64,000 bases of DNA from Cyanidioschyzon merolae (Eukaryota). The position numbers and the translations under genes are program-made. Numbering within the stretch: position 1 is the first letter of the stretch; each line of letters starts with the position of its first letter. The stretch is from NCBI GenBank assembly GCA_000091205.1, contig AP006489.2, one strand, 5' to 3'. Positions 19,220 to 30,111 of this stretch are shown here, piece by piece. The notes under the pieces were generated by a model. The model did no database searches. It was not told where the DNA came from and saw nothing but the letters and a program-made list of their open reading frames with translations.

Positions 19220-20578
19220 TTGCATCGAGACATGGTCAACACGGCGACCACAGAGTCGGCTCGACCCGAGTCGAGAGCGATTACTGCGGCGGAGCTCCCC
19301 GCGAAGCTTGAACAACTGCGCGCTGAAGCAGAGACCGGTGGCGACACGAAGCCCGTCATAGAGGCCCTGTACGCGTTGGAAAAGAAGTTCCGTTTGGCCG
19401 ATGATGCGAACGCTACAGCGCTGGTAGCTACTGAGATCGTTCGTCTTGCCTGGCAGCAAGGCCGAGTGCCCGCACTCGTAGAGCACCTGCGACTGCTCAG
19501 CCGTCGTCGGGCGCAGCTCAAGCAGGTTGTTGCGACGATCGTGCGCGAGGGAATGCAGTACCTCGATCGAATAAAAGATGTTGCGGAGAAACGTGAGCTG
19601 TTGGAAGTGCTGCGCGATATATCCATGGGGAAACTGTTCCTGGAACTGGAGCGTGCGCGTCTCACCAGAATGCTAGCCGAGCTCATGGAGCAAGCCGGAG
19701 ATATTAGTGGTGCCGGGCGTGTGCTGAACGAACTCCAGATTGAAACATTCGGAAGCATGGAGCGTCAGGAAAAATGGACTTTTATGCTGGAGCAGATCAG
19801 GCTCTGCCTTGATCTCGAGGACACTGTTCGCGCGCAGATTATTGCGAACAAGTTCACAGCCCGAACACTGGTCGACGAGGAGTTCAGGAAGAGCCCCATC
19901 AAGACTAGGTATTATATGCTGATGATTCGACTGTATACAATGCAGCAGCGTTTGAAGCTCGCGGACGACACCCGTTTCATTGATATTGCCAGGGCATACC
20001 TTGCGCTTGGGGAGGAATTCCTGGGCAACGCGGCGCTGTATACGATCCTTGCTCCCCGGAACCATGAGCAACACGATCTGCTGCATCGATTGTCCCAACG
20101 TCAGCCATTGCTCGAGAACAAATCACCGCTCCGTATATATGGCGAACTCCTGTCACTGTTCCGGATCGAAGAGCTTATCCGCTGGCCAATCTTCGTTCAA
20201 TCATACCGCAGTGCGCTGGAGGAGAAGCACCCGGACTTGAACTGGTTGTACTTGCAACGCCGTGTTCACGAGCACAATCTGCGAGTGATCGCCAAATATT
20301 ACCGACGGATTCATTTGTCTCGTTTGGCTGCGCTTATGGAAGTCGATGAGGATACCGTGGAAGATCTGCTCTGCGATGAGATAACGAGTGGACGGATATG
20401 GGGCCGCATCGATCGTATCGATGGTATCGTGAGTTTTCAAAGGGAACGAAAACCAGAGGAGATTGTCTCTGAATGGGCGCAAAACGTCGACGAGGTGCTC
20501 GCTTCTGTGGACCGTCTCGATGAGTTGGTGAACAAGGAACGTCAGCAACGGGCGGTGCCTACGAGCGGTACGAGCTGA
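19220..20578 (+). CDS. RPN5: 26S proteasome regulatory subunit Rpn5 (PSMD12), PCI domain
   Basis: The 452-aa ORF follows the Rpn5 pattern along its length: N-terminal TPR-like helices, then the PCI domain ('RVIAKYYRRIHLSRLAALMEVDEDTVEDLLCDEITSGRIWGRIDRIDGIVSF'). The length matches PSMD12. Confidence 0.9.
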   Translation: MHRDMVNTATTESARPESRAITAAELPAKLEQLRAEAETGGDTKPVIEALYALEKKFRLADDANATALVATEIVRLAWQQGRVPALVEHLRLLSRRRAQLKQVVATIVREGMQYLDRIKDVAEKRELLEVLRDISMGKLFLELERARLTRMLAELMEQAGDISGAGRVLNELQIETFGSMERQEKWTFMLEQIRLCLDLEDTVRAQIIANKFTARTLVDEEFRKSPIKTRYYMLMIRLYTMQQRLKLADDTRFIDIARAYLALGEEFLGNAALYTILAPRNHEQHDLLHRLSQRQPLLENKSPLRIYGELLSLFRIEELIRWPIFVQSYRSALEEKHPDLNWLYLQRRVHEHNLRVIAKYYRRIHLSRLAALMEVDEDTVEDLLCDEITSGRIWGRIDRIDGIVSFQRERKPEEIVSEWAQNVDEVLASVDRLDELVNKERQQRAVPTSGTS

Positions 20579-21039
20579 AACGCACTGCATCGTTTCATGC
20601 GTGTTGAAAACGCTCTGAGGAGCATTGGCATCAGGCATCTGGCTTACGTATCCCAGAATACATGCATCGTCTACGAAATCGACCTGGCGTCATGGAGTGT
20701 CCATCGAACTCGCGGCAGTCCAGTGTGCTGGATCCAGGAAGAAATGCATAGCACCAGGTCGAGAAGCTGTTGTTGTTGTTGTTGACATCAATCTGAGTCC
20801 ATGTCAGAGTGAAATGTACGAGGTCCTCTATTTCGGTCGTACGCAATAATGTTGGGGTCTATTCACGCTGTCATGAACACCAGACACTGTAGTATTTTTC
20901 TGCGGCTGCTTCGCGTATCTCGCTCCTTTATTCGGCTTTAAAAACGCTGGTCTCGCCTGTCCTTTCAGCTTCGTTCTGAACAGTCGAAGGATGTCAATGG
21001 CAGGATTACAATCCGGATTTTACAGTTTGCGGCTGCTGT

Positions 21040-21615
21040 TGACGCATTTCATTAACAGACAAAAATTGCTATTGACGCTTCGCTTGTTATTGTCATCCTC
21101 TTCGTATCCACCCTCGGTACGCCCTTCGATGCATTGACACACGACTATGATGCGTTTTTTTCGTATGTGTGTACGGAACCTCTCCTCCTCGAACGCTACG
21201 CTGTGAAACGTGGACGCTTCGTGTATCGCTCGAAACATGCGCTTGGCGGATACAGAAGGCCCTCATCGATACCATCCGTCGTTTTTGCACCTGGTGCTGT
21301 GTCCTACGATCATAGGCTTCTTCTGAGAAATGCCCTCGGCGAGTACGCTGTCCGCCGCTCACGCAAGCACGCGCTGTTCCATTCGACAGAGGATCTGTGG
21401 AACGCGAGATTGTCCATGAAAGGAAAATTACCCTATGGAAAATCCACACTGGAGATCAAACCGAGAAATATCGATTCGTCTACGCGACCCACTTGCAAAA
21501 AAAGTACCGCGTTATCCACTGGTAGCGATTACTGCGATGGCTCAAGTCCGAGTCCATGGCCCTTTACGATGCGGACGGGCGACAAAGAGCCCTCTGGGAG
21601 CATATCCCATCATAT
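21040..21615 (+). repeat. Interspersed repeat family B, copy 2
   Basis: Nucleotide similarity to 15080-15645 and 41805-42365. Matching blocks include 'gacgcttcgcttg', 'tgatcataggcttcttctgagaaatgccctcggcgagtacgc' and 'gaggatctgtggaacgcgagattgtccatgaaagg'. The same orientation holds for all copies. Confidence 0.6.
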
Positions 21616-23274
21616 GGATCATGCTCACGTCGAATGCATTCTCGATGATACTCCCATAGAGGCGAGGATTTGGCATTCGAACGGAATCCATTCTTTAAAG
21701 TTGCGTATTCAGCAATCGCTCGGCATGGGCTCGTAAAGAAGTCGTCGAGGGGCGACGTCGAGATTCTTTCCTCGTCAATCCACTGGCGCGAATTGCAACG
21801 TGTATGATTAGTTAATGAAAAGAAAAATCGAGTTATTGAAGTATGCGTGATTTGAGCATGTTCGCTGTCAGGAACTGGGAGGCGTGCAGGTTAGCGCATA
21901 TAAACTGGATAGTCGTATCTGCCGCTTTACGAACCATTGTTCGAGGGCTTCGCGAATGTTCTTCACTCCGGTGAGATAACGCATTCCATTGGTGACATGT
22001 TTTAGGCACTTCTACGGAGCGAAGACCAAGAATCCTCAACAGTACTTACGGACCCGTAAACCCATATTGGAGTACTTCGATTGTCGAGGCTGTATATCTT
22101 GAGGAAAAATCACCCGGAAAAATAATCGAGATACAAGAAGCGAGCGATCAGTCTAGTGTTCCATTTTACTCTGACACGGGTGTCGTACCCTGCGACTTTT
22201 CTGATGACTGAGATTTCGGTGACTGCTCGCGAAAACGCGTCCGATTTCAGGGCAACTAGACATATCTTCGGAGTAAATCGAAGCCGCAGGCTATGGTCGA
22301 CTAGCGAGAACAGTCTCGTGCGTCACGCACGTGATAGACACCGGGGAATGACCGAAAACCAGAGGCGCTTCCGTGCCCGCTGCTCCCTCGCTGGATGAAG
22401 TCCATGCAAAATCCTGCTTCCAAAGCAAAACCTTTGACAACAGATATGCATCTCAACCTCTTTCTTCTGAGTTTCCGGATTTCACACTGCTTATTGCTGG
22501 GTCACAAAGCGCTCTGCCAACTTCTTTCCCTCAAACGCCATCGTCCGCACCAAGGCCACACAAGTTCGCTCGTACCGATTCCGGCCTGTTCTCGACATGC
22601 CTCGTTCTTCCTCATCGGTACCGAGCTTAAAATTCGTTGCCTGTAGCACCGTCTTCATGTCTGCGGAAACAGTTCCTCGGGTTGCGAGGCAGTGTGAGCG
22701 CCCATGGCCTGCATTCAAGTCAAACCGAATGCATTATCCAAGTACGATGTACGCATGCGTTTCATGCTCATGTGCGCTATGCTTGACCGATCCCCGGGAC
22801 GCTTTAGTTTTTGAACCATCCTGGAGACGCTATGACGCCAGGCGATTCCCGCTGCAACCCTGGGACGACGGTTACCAAGTCCCGTCTCGTGGCCACTACA
22901 GAGGCTGCGGGCTCTACGAAGCCAATTCTCACTGCTGTGCGGTGTGTGAAACAATCTTTGCTTCGGTCCAGTGTCGCTCGAGTAGTTCTCTGCCGCCATT
23001 GGACCTATTTATGCGATCGAAAGTCCGTACCGAACCGGATTTGTTTTGCACGGAAAGCGCCGGTCTTGAGGTAAGTTTACCGTCCTGATGCTGTCCTCAT
23101 TTCCTGGGTCGCAGCTGCAGAACAACCCCGAAAAGCACATGTCTCTCTCTTTAGCGAGCCGTGAACGCTCTAAACTTGTCCATTAAAGCAAGAGTAGCTC
23201 GAACCGGTCAAACGTACATCCCAACAGTGCAAGCGCGACGCAATGCATAGGCGAGCCGCTGGCTGCTAGGTAGC

Positions 23275-23946
23275 GTGCGCAGTAAACAGCAGCGACTGGC
23301 AATAAAGGCCGCAGCGTTTCCCACGTCGCACTTTTTGGACACGGGAGCGCACCAGCGACCAAGGCACTCAGCTGCAGGAACGAAGCGGATGCTTCGAGTG
23401 CTTCGCAGGTCTTCGAGTTTCAACCTGGTCGGGCCTTTCCCGGCTGCGATCCGGCCGAGGCTGGGTGTTCGGGAACAGAGCGGCGCGGCCAGTTATGTGG
23501 AAAGCCTCACGCAGCTGGGTCGCAAAGTGACACTGCCCAAGTCACCGTCGGAAGCTGTTCTTGAGAAAGTTGCAAACATGCACGAGAATTACCCTTACGT
23601 GACGCGCTTCACCTGCCCCGAGTTCACGTCGCTCTGTCCTCTTACAGGGCAACCGGACTTTTGTCATATGGTAATAGACTATGTGCCAGACAAGTGGCTC
23701 GTGGAGAGCAAATCGCTAAAGTTGTATTTACATTCGTTTCGTAATCACGGAGACTTCCACGAGGCATGCACTATTGGTATTGCCCGTAGGCTCACGACGG
23801 AACTAGAACCCAAGTGGCTGCGCATCGCGGGCTACTGGTATCCGCGTGGTGGCATTCCAATCGATGTCTTCTACCAGACGGGGGAGCCACCAAAAGGTCT
23901 CTGGATACCCGATACAGGTGTTCAGCCGTATCGCGGTAGAGGCTGA
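23275..23946 (+). CDS. queF: NADPH-dependent 7-cyano-7-deazaguanine (preQ0) reductase, QueF type I, with an ~80-aa N-terminal extension.
   Basis: The match to bacterial QueF is near-verbatim: '[55 protein letters not shown]' then '[12 protein letters not shown]'. The catalytic Cys in CPxTGQPD and the ESKSLKLYL motif are both present. The extension '[26 protein letters not shown]' resembles an organellar targeting peptide. Confidence 0.85.
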   Translation: MRSKQQRLAIKAAAFPTSHFLDTGAHQRPRHSAAGTKRMLRVLRRSSSFNLVGPFPAAIRPRLGVREQSGAASYVESLTQLGRKVTLPKSPSEAVLEKVANMHENYPYVTRFTCPEFTSLCPLTGQPDFCHMVIDYVPDKWLVESKSLKLYLHSFRNHGDFHEACTIGIARRLTTELEPKWLRIAGYWYPRGGIPIDVFYQTGEPPKGLWIPDTGVQPYRGRG

Positions 23947-24689
23947 ACTGCAGCGGCATTTGTCTCGTGTCGGATGCAAGTCCGTGATGGATGCGTTTCA
24001 GGCGATGCAGAAGAGAGCAGACAGCCCAGAAACGAAACTCGAGAGAAGCCCAGCGACCAGCGGAATCATCTCATTCACGCACATATTTCTTAGTGTGCAG
24101 GTTGGGTTAGGTTTCAGCAAAAATCATTCAAGTATCTACGTATCTAGCGAGAAACATAGAGTCGCATGAAGCGCACACTGCGTGCTCGCGCTGCTCAACG
24201 AGCTTGAGCAAGATATCTCCATGTGGAAGCGCATTCACTTTGCCGCAGCGAGCAGTAAACGTGCAGACAGAAACTTGCCGGTGCGTCGCCCGCAACGACT
24301 TCGCTCCGCCGAACAACCCGAGTGCATCGCTCACAGCGCCAGATGCCGCTCAAGCGTTCGAACTGGAACGGCGCCTGCGCTCTCCAGGTGCAAAATGCTA
24401 GACCCGGGATCGTTTTCTTGGTCCAGTCGCATAGAGACGGGAACTCGTGTCTCAGCTTATATTAATGATACCGTATTCAATCGCCGCATGCTTCTACGGG
24501 AAGCGTTCTTTTATCAGAGCTTGAAAAGACGCACCCATCATAGACTCGCCTGCACTCCATGATGAAGTACCGCTTCTGGCGAGGAGGGATGCAGGCTCGC
24601 GCGTTCCGCGAAATAATTCCAGTACTTCAGTTCTGGCGAGTATACTTCCAATAAACAACTTCGCGTAAGTATCGCACATACGCATCAGG

Positions 24690-24850
24690 AGCGTCATCAT
24701 CATCATCAGCGTTACTATCACCACCTTGGACATGTTGCCAATGTATTCATTCTCGTGTGTGTAGCGAATGCGCATTACGGTCACCATCGCCATCACCACC
24801 ACCATCATCAGCAGCAGCAGCAGGAGCAGCAGCAGCAATGATGTGAAAAA
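24690..24850. repeat. Imperfect trinucleotide repeat tract, (ATC/ACC/AGC)n mixture
   Basis: Runs of catcatcatcagc, caccaccaccatcatcagcagcagcagcaggagcagcagcagc are visible. The tract lies in the 3' flank shared by the convergent queF and queD genes. Confidence 0.5.
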
Positions 24851-24900
24851 TACCGCCAGTAACGGTACCAGCATCGAATACCGCACGCCGTATTTGCAGT

Positions 24901-25443
24901 TTAGCTGACAGGCCCGTAGGCGTGATCGAACGATGTCTCGTGATCGTGCTCTATTCGGTGCAGTGAGTCGAGAGGTTTCGGTCGATAGATTGCACGGGCA
25001 GTCGCTGTTTCCTCCACTGTTACAGCAGATAAACAAGGAATAGAAGGTTTCAGCTTCCGATACGCCCAGTACGCAATATACTCAGCAGTTGGCGCGTCTG
25101 TCTCTAAGGTCTCGTTCAAGTGCTGGTGATCAAGAAACTTTTCCACAAGAGGGCGAACGACGGCTGCGATCTCGTCAAAGTCCATGACCATGCCTTTCTT
25201 GGGACCAGAGGTCACCAGCGCCTCCGTCGATACTTCCACAACCAGCACGTACGAGTGACCGTGTAATCGACTGCACTTCGAGTCGTGGTGTTGTAGACAA
25301 TGGGATGCCTCGAAGGGGAACCGCTTCTCCAGAATAAACATGGCTGATGTTGCGTTCACCGCTGACCCAGCAGGCCTCAGAACACTTTCTCGCACCAGCG
25401 GCTGAAGCGCGTTCCCGGTTGACAGGGAAGCAGCGCACGCCAT
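24901..25443 (-). CDS. queD: 6-pyruvoyl-tetrahydropterin synthase / QueD family (COG0720) T-fold enzyme. The functional start is probably the internal Met at ~25341.
   Basis: 'MFILEKRFPFEASHCLQHH...CSRLHGHSYVLVVEV' matches the PTPS/QueD N-terminus (FxFxAAHRL-type) and the C-x3-HGH zinc motif. The convergent queF neighbour argues for a role in 7-deazaguanine synthesis. Confidence 0.8.
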   Translation of the reverse strand: MACAASLSTGNALQPLVRESVLRPAGSAVNATSAMFILEKRFPFEASHCLQHHDSKCSRLHGHSYVLVVEVSTEALVTSGPKKGMVMDFDEIAAVVRPLVEKFLDHQHLNETLETDAPTAEYIAYWAYRKLKPSIPCLSAVTVEETATARAIYRPKPLDSLHRIEHDHETSFDHAYGPVS

Positions 25444-26290
25444 GAGTCGAGGCTGGCGAAGGCGACCCGACGCCGGGCCGCTACGCAGCTCGGGGGGAGT
25501 AAAGCGACGCCCCGTCGTTGTCGGTATCTTTATGGACGAAGCGTCAGACCCCGAGGCAAGACTCTACACATGGGTCTATGAAAAGGCTCCGAAACTTCTA
25601 TTGCCCACAAATGTGACGGTAAACCGTCTCGAGGAGACGAGCGCCGTAGCCTCGTCAACAGCGCTGAATGCCTTCGTAGCCGGGGCGCTTGGCTCCGACG
25701 AGCCTGTCTCCAGTCGCCTCGCAGACCGCGTTTTGCTTCTGGGCAATCCCTCTAAGCATACGCGCAGGCGGGAGAGTGTTCTTGGTGGACAGAAAAGGCG
25801 TCGGTTGAAACCGAGTCGGCAGAGGCGGCAGGTGCAGCCGCTTACCGCTCGAGAGCGACGCAGACTCGGGTTGTATAAGCTGGACAAGCGCATTCCTTAC
25901 GCAGAGGTGCAACCACTGGCGCAGCTCTGGCTGGAGTACGCACAGTCCATGATCCCCGTGCAACAGCTCGACCGACTGCGGCAGCAGGAGCGAGAAGCAG
26001 TGCTCGACCGCCTTCTTCGGCTGGACTGGCACGGGGCCAGCATCACAGTGCACCAGAGCGCTGCCCCGGAGCGCGTCGGTGTTCACGGCATTGTTATTCA
26101 GGAGACTGAACAGACATTTAAAATCGTGTCGCCTGACTCTCGATTGCGTGTTCTGCCCAAGCTATCGACGGTGTTCACGGTGGACCTCAGCGACGACTGG
26201 GTGCTGGTTCTCTGCGGTGATGCCTTGCGAGTGCGGAGCGCGGAACGGTCCGTACGGAAACCGAAACGAAAAGCGCTGCTTCTTGTTTGA
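25442..26290 (+). CDS. POP4: Ribonuclease P/MRP protein subunit Rpp29 (POP4)
   Basis: The C-terminal Rpp29 Sm-like domain reads 'LDWHGASITVHQSAAPERVGVHGIVIQETEQTFKIVSPDSRLRVLPKLSTVFTV'. The N-terminal part is basic and low-complexity. The annotated ATG overlaps the queD ATG (CATG at 25441-25444), so the true start may be the downstream Met. Confidence 0.7.
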   Translation: MSRGWRRRPDAGPLRSSGGVKRRPVVVGIFMDEASDPEARLYTWVYEKAPKLLLPTNVTVNRLEETSAVASSTALNAFVAGALGSDEPVSSRLADRVLLLGNPSKHTRRRESVLGGQKRRRLKPSRQRRQVQPLTARERRRLGLYKLDKRIPYAEVQPLAQLWLEYAQSMIPVQQLDRLRQQEREAVLDRLLRLDWHGASITVHQSAAPERVGVHGIVIQETEQTFKIVSPDSRLRVLPKLSTVFTVDLSDDWVLVLCGDALRVRSAERSVRKPKRKALLLV

Positions 26291-26349
26291 TGAGAGTTTT
26301 CCGCGAAACGGGCAAACAGCGCGCTATTTCGAAAAGGACACTCGTTCTG

Positions 26350-27411
26350 TCAAGTTTGGGATCGGTCCTCGGTTGACATCGGCGGCGACTCGAGGCGCCC
26401 TGCTCCAGTTGCGCGCCTCTGCGACCCAACGTAGACAGCTTTGCCCGAACTTGTCATCATGTAGTTGGGATCAAAGATCAGACCTTTGGGAAGAATGAGT
26501 TCCCGGTAGGCACTAGAGCACTGGTACCCGACACGATGCGGGATGTGGCTTGCAAACAGACCCCATTTGTCACCGCAGCCGTACTGGCGCGCTACGGCCA
26601 TGAACCTGTCGAGCTCCTCGGGACTCCAGTCACCGAACCACTGCTCTTCTCCGGGCTCGTTGTGGCGATAAAAATAGGCATTAGGGTTCTTCTGAAGACT
26701 TCGTCGGGCGATCTCTTTCGCACTGAGTGTCACCCGTGTCGAGCTCGTACCCTTCGTCGTTCCGAGCGGGTTGCGCACCGAAAACCGCCCGCCCCCGTTT
26801 GAGTTCCAGGCCTCTGCCGCATTCGAGGCAATGGACCAGCGTGCGGCTACCTCGGGGTTCACCCAGCCTCGGTAGTGGCCATCCACACGCAGGGGCTCAG
26901 GCGCATCTGCGGGCAAGGGTGCAACCTCTGTGAAATAGCGCTGGATCTCATATAGCTCATCGAAGACACCGCTCAAGATCTCATTTCGGGACGTCGAATC
27001 GGAGTTTCCGCTGTTTGTTCCGTCTTCCGTGGAACGAATGAGTTCAACTGGCCCATTCGACACGGGGCAGTCTTCTTCCCGAAAGCGTTTGCGTTCCGAC
27101 CGACGCAGTGGTTTCTGCGGAGTTGAGGTGCATTTTGGATCCCTTTCCGGCACTCGCTTTCTCACCCTTGATAATGTCGAGTTTTTCTTCTGATCAACGG
27201 ACGCGCTGAGCTCGACTGGGCCCAGCGCTTGCCGTGCTTCTGCGTTTTGTTGCTTTAGTGGATCCGTGCCGCTCTCGAACGTCTTTGACCAAATTTGTTG
27301 CAAAAATATACGGTTCCTTTCGAGCCGTTTTAGCCTCTCGAGTTCGTAAGTTGAAGCATAGCGCTCTGTTTCAGAGGAGTTTATGTCGACGTCATCGTTT
27401 AAAGCCAGCAT
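26350..27411 (-). CDS. Myb/SANT-like domain protein
   Basis: A Myb/SANT-type helix pattern is present: 'WSPEELDRFMAVARQYGCGDKWGLFASHIPHRVGYQCSSAYRELI'. The rest is low-complexity and acidic/basic. The specific family was not resolved. Confidence 0.5.
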   Translation of the reverse strand: MLALNDDVDINSSETERYASTYELERLKRLERNRIFLQQIWSKTFESGTDPLKQQNAEARQALGPVELSASVDQKKNSTLSRVRKRVPERDPKCTSTPQKPLRRSERKRFREEDCPVSNGPVELIRSTEDGTNSGNSDSTSRNEILSGVFDELYEIQRYFTEVAPLPADAPEPLRVDGHYRGWVNPEVAARWSIASNAAEAWNSNGGGRFSVRNPLGTTKGTSSTRVTLSAKEIARRSLQKNPNAYFYRHNEPGEEQWFGDWSPEELDRFMAVARQYGCGDKWGLFASHIPHRVGYQCSSAYRELILPKGLIFDPNYMMTSSGKAVYVGSQRRATGAGRLESPPMSTEDRSQT

Positions 27412-27712
27412 TGCGGTGTCACGTGTACACCGTTACCAGCGGCGAGCTCGTACCGGACGCCTCAGTCTTTTGCGAGCGGTGCCCTGACGAGCGCGCAGCG
27501 CATCTCCCGCCAAGCAGCGGCGGTAACGGCTGGATCGGGGCTTGACGCTGTTCTTATCACAATGATGTACTTATCTGTACTTTTCCTTCCTATACGGACA
27601 CGCGCTGCTTCGCACGGCACACTCAGAGACGATGCGCGACGCGCCAGTCGACATTGCCGGCGTTTTCGCTCCGAGGAGGTCTGTTCCTCTACGAGCCTGT
27701 CGCTAAACAACG

Positions 27713-28402
27713 ATGCGGTCCGCCTATGCAGCAAATCTACTTTTACTCATTTTCTCATTTTGGTTCATGCTAGGCGTTTGCGGGGTTCACGCCTGGAACT
27801 TCCGCATGGATCCAGAGGTAGACCCCGAGCGCGTCTGCTTTTTGGCGTCCGTGAAAGGTGGACGGGAGGTCCAGGGTTTCTTCGAGGTCCTGCTTTCGCC
27901 GGACTCGGACGCCCCTGCAGCCGTGGGGTTTACCATCACAGGGCCAGTGGTAGACTCGAAGCAACCAGAGAAAGCTAGAGGTCCCGAGCTCGTCCGTCTG
28001 GTGGAGGTTTCGGCACCTTTCGTGTTCGCTGCACCGAGCGACGGCGAGTATGAGCTCTGCTTCCACTACGGGGAAGAGAAGAAAGCACGAGATATTGCGT
28101 TTTTCTACGACCTTGGTGACGCAGAGGATGAGGTGTCGGAACTTCTGCGTGACGCAGTGAAACAAGATAAGCATCTGGAGCCCCTGCAGCATAGGGCAGT
28201 TTCGATCATGCACGAGCTGCGTAACGTACGGATAGCGCAGATGCGAATGCGAGAACGCATTCGCCAAAATCTTCGTATGCTGCAAGAGCGTAAGCGATCC
28301 GTCATGTGGATGACGTTGTTGGAGCTTTTGACTGTGGTTGCAGCGTGCACCTTGGAGGTAGTTTTCGTGAAGCAGAAGCTCGATACTCGGCGCATATTTT
28401 GA
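27713..28402 (+). CDS. p24 / emp24 (GOLD-domain) cargo receptor
   Basis: The 229-aa ORF has a signal peptide ('LLLLIFSFWFMLGVCGVHA'), a GOLD-like lumenal domain, a coiled-coil and a C-terminal TM with a short basic tail ('WMTLLELLTVVAACTLEVVFVKQKLDTRRIF'). This is the typical p24 architecture. Confidence 0.7.
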   Translation: MRSAYAANLLLLIFSFWFMLGVCGVHAWNFRMDPEVDPERVCFLASVKGGREVQGFFEVLLSPDSDAPAAVGFTITGPVVDSKQPEKARGPELVRLVEVSAPFVFAAPSDGEYELCFHYGEEKKARDIAFFYDLGDAEDEVSELLRDAVKQDKHLEPLQHRAVSIMHELRNVRIAQMRMRERIRQNLRMLQERKRSVMWMTLLELLTVVAACTLEVVFVKQKLDTRRIF

Positions 28403-29287
28403 GCGAATGCATCGTCTCCGGTATGGAACGGCGCTGGTTCTGTGAATAACGCGTCAGACAGCGTCTGCAGCGGGGCTCACTGCCGACACCCTCCAGCATG
28501 CCGTACTGTTACGCGGTCGCTAGCGCAACGCCAGCAGCTGTGCGCCTGTGTCACCGAGACTTTTAGGTTCCATAAACAATCCACGCGCACTGGACACGGG
28601 ATTGCGCGAGAAAGACTTGAACTGAGTAACCATCTGTTTGAGCCTCGGTTCGGAAGGAGACGATCCACGCGCCGCTCGACTCTGATAGGCAATATGACCG
28701 TAATAGGCATCTCCATTAGGCTTTACGTCCAGATGAAACGAGGGCACGAACCGAGGTACGCCTGCCGGACTCGCTATTGTTCTTCTATACGACACACAAG
28801 CCTGCTTGTCATTCCTCGTCGAGGCATACCGCTTCGGGAGCACACACATAGAGTGACACACAGATGCCTGAGATGGATCCATGTCTGGGGGTTTGGCGGC
28901 TCGCGGTATCATTGGTGAAGCAACGACGGATCGACGACATCGCCTGCCACCGCGACTGCCGTGACCCAGGCGCGAGCCGGTGACCCAGGAGAGCGCCTGC
29001 TCGACACATGGCCCGGCTTCGGGTGCGAGCGGGAGCTCGATTGGAGGCTTCTGTCACTGGTACGCATCATTGCTTTGCTTGTTAGCCGCTTTTCCTGGGG
29101 TGTACGATGAATGCGTCTGATCGGGTTCCCCAGGATGTTTTTGTTTTTGCGCGCCGACGATTACCCGGAAATGTACCGCCGATAAAGCGACACACAACGC
29201 CTCCAGCGCTGAAAACGCACCCTTTGGCATCATACTGCACCCCAAGAGCTGATGCATGCGCTCTCTGGAAAACGCATGCCTAAAGTG

Positions 29288-29425
29288 CTGCACGATATTC
29301 ATGGTATCGAGATGTATGAACGCTCGATCATCGTTCTGCATGATATTCATGGTGTCGAGATTTATGAACGCTTGATCATCGTTCTGCACGATATCCATGG
29401 CGTCGAGTAGCACGAGCGCTTGCGT
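29288..29425. repeat. 48-bp minisatellite, ~2.8 copies
   Basis: 'ctgcacgatattcatggtatcgagatgtatgaacgctcgatcatcgtt' is repeated with a few substitutions (copy starts about 29288, 29336, 29384). Confidence 0.6.
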
Positions 29426-30111
29426 GCCGCATGCTGCTACCGCACTGGGGGCTATGGATGTGCGTAGACGCCAGGTGGAGTTTCAGCGAATGCCTCCATG
29501 CCCATTGTAGGGAGTATCGGGCGAGGACTCTGGCCAGCCCGGCTCGTTCAGGTCGCTGGACAGTCCCGGTGCGCTGCCAATGTGCTCAAGTGGCTCGCTA
29601 CGCGCCTTCCCATAAGATGTCGTCCGGCCGTGTACCGCCTCAACGCACAGCGACTTGATCACTGAGCACAGAACGTTTCATGGCTGGGTGTCGGCGTTGC
29701 GTCCGCGTCGTCTACGGACGCCAGATCGTTTCTGACTCGTGATCGCGGACGAGTATGCAGTGCCCACTACAAAATCGTTTATCAGAATGTCTCTCTCTAT
29801 ATATTTCCAGAATTACGGTTGCCAAGGGTCGCCAGCTCGACGGTAAAGATACTGTCTGAGCCGACCCCTTCGCAGTAGTTTTATTCACACGTCGGTTATA
29901 AACATAAAAGCGTCATCACGTGAGCTGCCTTGAGCTGAATCCAAGTAGCATCGCACAGCAAGCGCTTTGCTTGGATAATTTCGAATGCACCGCTGGGGGG
30001 AGTAGTGCTCGTTGCGCGCTCCGCGTAGGTTCACGCAACAACGCATGCGCGACAAGCGCTTTCCGCAGCCGGACTCTGCAAACGTGCAGAAACGGTGCCG
30101 AAGAGGCGCAC

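Noticed and set aside
23275-25443. A possibility that the queF/queD region is bacterial contamination or a prokaryotic operon.
   Set aside because: The genes are convergent rather than co-directional. They share codon and GC style with the neighbours. They are flanked on the same contiguous sequence by proteasome Rpn5 and RNase P Rpp29, which are strictly eukaryotic/archaeal.
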